From: an uncultured Chthonomonadaceae bacterium
Lineage (GTDB): Bacteria; Armatimonadota; Chthonomonadetes; Chthonomonadales; Chthonomonadaceae
Assembly: GCA_963835065.1 (NCBI GenBank)
Contig: CAWIEK010000053.1
Coordinates: 224,001-288,000, forward strand
Direction: 5' to 3'
Length of the DNA: 64,000 nucleotides
Below the pieces are notes generated by a model. It made no database searches and was not told where the DNA came from. It saw only the letters and a list, made by a program, of their open reading frames with translations. Below are positions 60,876-64,000 of the stretch, in pieces (the stretch's first letter is position 1; every line of letters begins with the position of its first letter). Position numbers and translations under genes: made by a program.

Positions 60876-61274
60876 TCAGATAACCTTTACCAACACGCGA
60901 ACTGCGGAAATCATATTGAGCGCGTCTGTTTGTGTAACAGAACCCACAGGGCGATAACACACTTCCGGCGTCCAGTTGTTCGTACCATTTGACCATTCCG
61001 AACCGTAATCAGCCCGAATACGCGCTTCGATACCGGAAAGTGTCAACAAAACATCAAGATCATGCGTCTTGAAACTTTGATAATGCGCGAACTCTCGGTT
61101 GGATTCGGGAAAACCTGCCCACTTCAGCGTTCGGCAGATACGCGCCTTCAAAGCAACTTCGACAGCATACCCACACAAGTAGACAGCGCCATCGTAGCGT
61201 TTGTTGCGGTAAAGCGCTTGCGCTTCATTCAAACGAACACGCGCAATCAGTCTCAAATTAGCAATGGAAATCAT
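60876..61274 (-). CDS. HEPN domain protein
   Basis: YDGAVYLCGYAVEVALKA, KTHDL. Confidence 0.85.
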   Translation of the reverse strand: MISIANLRLIARVRLNEAQALYRNKRYDGAVYLCGYAVEVALKARICRTLKWAGFPESNREFAHYQSFKTHDLDVLLTLSGIEARIRADYGSEWSNGTNNWTPEVCYRPVGSVTQTDALNMISAVRVLVKVI

Positions 61275-61303
61275 AGCCCTGTAGCTTCTGCCTCCCTTCT
61301 ATG

Positions 61304-63552
61304 CTATGGCACGTATACGAACTCGTTCAGGTTGAACACGGCCTGGCAGAAGTCGGAGAGGGCGGACGCGCCGCGCTTTTGCATGAATGTCAGGCTCAGG
61401 TTTAGTTCCTGCGCCGACGGGCTGCGGCCAAATGCCAGTTGGTAGGCGCGTTCTACCTGTTGGCGCGGATTGTTGGGACACTCTTTTTGCAGACGTTGCG
61501 CGAACAAGCCGGCCTGCCGCAGAATGAGCGGGTCGTTGAGCAGAGTCAGAGCTTGCAGGGGCGTGGTCGTGACATTGCGCTGCGCCACCGTATACGTAAT
61601 TTCGGGGCAGTCGAACACTTCCAGTTCCGGCAGCAGCGTGGAGCGTTTCACCTTCACGTACACGCTGCGCCGCCATGTGGACGCATCATCTTCGCCGTCG
61701 TGCCAGTTGGGACCTTGAAACGTGTCGGCGCGGAGGGATGGATCAATCGGCGGATACACGGGCGGGCCACCCATTTGCAGGTTCAGGGTTCCCGCCAGCG
61801 ACAAAATGGTGTCTCGTATCGGTTCGCCTTCCAAACGGCGCACGGGCATACGCCAGTAATACTTGTCCTGCGGGTCGGCCTTCATCCCCGCGTCGCGCAT
61901 GTCCGAAGCCTGCTGATACGTGGACGAGAGGAGCATCAGGCGGTGCAGGGGCTTGAGGCGCCATTGCATGGCAAATGATGAGTGATGAGTGATGAGTGAT
62001 GAATTGGATTTTGTATTCCATTCATCATTCATCATTCCTCGTTCATCATTTGCAACGAAGTTGCTTGCCAGCCAATCCAGCAGTTCCGGGTGGGAGGGCC
62101 GTTCGCCGTTGAGGCCGAAGTTGCTGGGCGTGTTGACCAGGCCCCTGCCGAAGTGCTGCCGCCACACGCGGTTGACCCACACGCGGGCGGTGAGCGGGTT
62201 TTGCGGACTGGTCAGCCAATCGGCAAGCGCGGTTCGGCGTCCCGTCGTGGCGGCGGTTGCGGGAGCGGTTCCAACATCCGTTGCGCCATTGGGCAGGAAA
62301 CAGATAAAGCCCGGCTTTACCTCGTCGCCCGGATGGTAGGCGTCGCCGCGCAACAGCAAATGGCAGGCCGGAAACTCGCGGCCTCTGTCGGTGACGATTT
62401 GGGCGTGGGGAACTTCCAAACGCTGCGCTTCCAGCGCTTTCACCTGCTGCTGAAGCGCCGTAAATTGCTTACGAGCGGGTTCGGGCAGAGCGGCGGAGTA
62501 TTTGCGCGTCATCGGGTTTCGGCTGTCCCGCTTTCTTTGCGGCTTCCTCGCCCTGCTTATGCAGAGCGTCTAGTTGCGGGCGCAAGGCGGCCAGTTGTTT
62601 ATCCAAGCGGCGCGTTGTGTTCGGCGACGGTACGGCGTTCTTCCACACTCGCGCACTCCACTTCGCGCCGCTCGGTTGGGGCGAAGATGGCGGCCAGTCG
62701 GTAGTAATCCGTCTGCTTGACGGGATCATACTTGTGGTCGTGACACCGGGCGCAGCCAATCGTCAGGCCAAGCATGACCGAACCTGTAGTGGCAACCAGA
62801 TCATCCAGTTCGTTGGCGCGGGTTCGGGCGTTGTTTTCTACAATGTCCTGCGGGCCACAGGCGAGATACCCGGTTGCAATCAGCGCGTTAGGATCGTTGG
62901 GCTTGAGTTCATCGCCGGCAATCTGTTCGCGTATAAATTCGTTGTACGGCTTGTCCTGATTGAAAGCGTCAATCACATAATCCCGGTATCGCCAGGCAAG
63001 GACACGGTCTTTATCCCCCTCGAAGCCGCCACTGTCGGCGTAACGCGCCAAATCCAGCCAGTGCCGCCCCCACCGCTCGCCATAGCGCGGACTTGCCAGC
63101 AGGCCATCCACAACTTTTTCCCAGGCACGGGGAGACTTGTCGTTGACAAACGCTTCCACATCGGCAGGCGCAGGCGGCAGGCCGATCAAATCGAAATATG
63201 CGCGGCGAATCAACGCGCGGCGGGACGCGGGCGGAGACGGCTGCAAACCGTTTTCGCGCATTTTAGCAAGCACGAAAGCGTCAATCGGATTATGTATCCA
63301 CGCAGATTGTATCTTGGGAACAGGCGGCAGCACAGGCGCTTTGAAAGCCCACCAAACCTGCGGCTGCGCCTTATTGACGATTTTCGATTGCCGATTGACG
63401 ATTGACGATTTGGTTCCTGCTGTTCCCTGTTCCCTGTTCCCTGTTCTCTGTTCTTCTGTTTGACACGCGGCGGCAAGGGACAGCGCGGCGAGGCCGAGCG
63501 TCAAACCGAGTTGTATATTCCGTATGGCGCGATGTGGTCGCCCGTTGCTCAT
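61304..63552 (-). CDS. DUF1549/DUF1553 (PSCyt2/PSD1) protein with two frameshifts (about 62610 and 62500)
   Basis: [53 protein letters not shown]. Confidence 0.88.
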
Positions 63553-64000
63553 GCCGTTTCTCCCGCCCGTTAAGCAGTTGAGAGTTGAGAGTTCGTAGTT
63601 GATAGACAGGCAGGAACTACGAACCTTCAGCGTTCCTCCGCTTCGTTTCTGCGCTTCCCTGCGCAATGCCCGCCTGTAAACAATCTTATTGCCCTATTCT
63701 ACCATTTTCAACCGAGCATGGCAGACAAATTGCGCGGAGTTGCAGAGGCGTTGCGCCTTGCCATTGCGTCACAAGCGTTGTTGATTTTCGTTTTGACTAG
63801 CATACAAGGGAAGATTCGTTTTGTTAGACACGCTAAGTTCTTTGGAGTTGCAGGGAAAGGGGGCGGCAAGGCTGATTGCCCACGCCTCGACACTTTCAAG
63901 CAGGCCGGCTGTACGTGTAATTGCGTAAACACGCCGTAATGTCCGAATACCGAATACCTGAATACCGAACACCGAAGTTTTCAAGGCGAAATACTTAATG

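Overview
Bacterial chromosomal window of moderately high GC with low-GC patches. PEP-CTERM, FG-GAP, DUF1501/DUF1553 and secretin genes suggest a diderm, probably Armatimonadota-like (inference). In order it holds: a VapBC pair; a serine hydrolase; mntR-mntH; a type IV pilus/T2SS-like cluster (pilB, pilC, two near-identical tandem pilins, pilX/V/W-like genes, fused pilM-N, pilO, secretin); a sigma54-type PEP-CTERM gene; a DEAD-box helicase; an ATPase+TPR pair; a MerR operon (CxxCH-tailed secreted protein plus ABC-2 exporter); an Rpn/DUF4351 nuclease with a likely internal antitoxin start; an oxidoreductase; an M3-type peptidase; FG-GAP proteins; a Wza/SLBB protein; an AAA_35-WD40 protein; GH127; a NotI-family R-M system; and a DUF1549/1553-DUF1501 pair split by a HEPN/HEAT cassette. 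The most unusual signal is non-genic. More than 15 short-period (7-, 8-, 9-bp) tandem arrays occur, many as inverted pairs, at gene ends and in frame inside proteins, and one family has a conserved core seen five times. There are also REP-like doublets and a TTA-flanked MITE. About seven genes carry apparent single-base frameshifts, probably assembly indels. No rRNA, tRNA or CRISPR array was recognised. All domain calls come from motif recognition by eye, not database searches.
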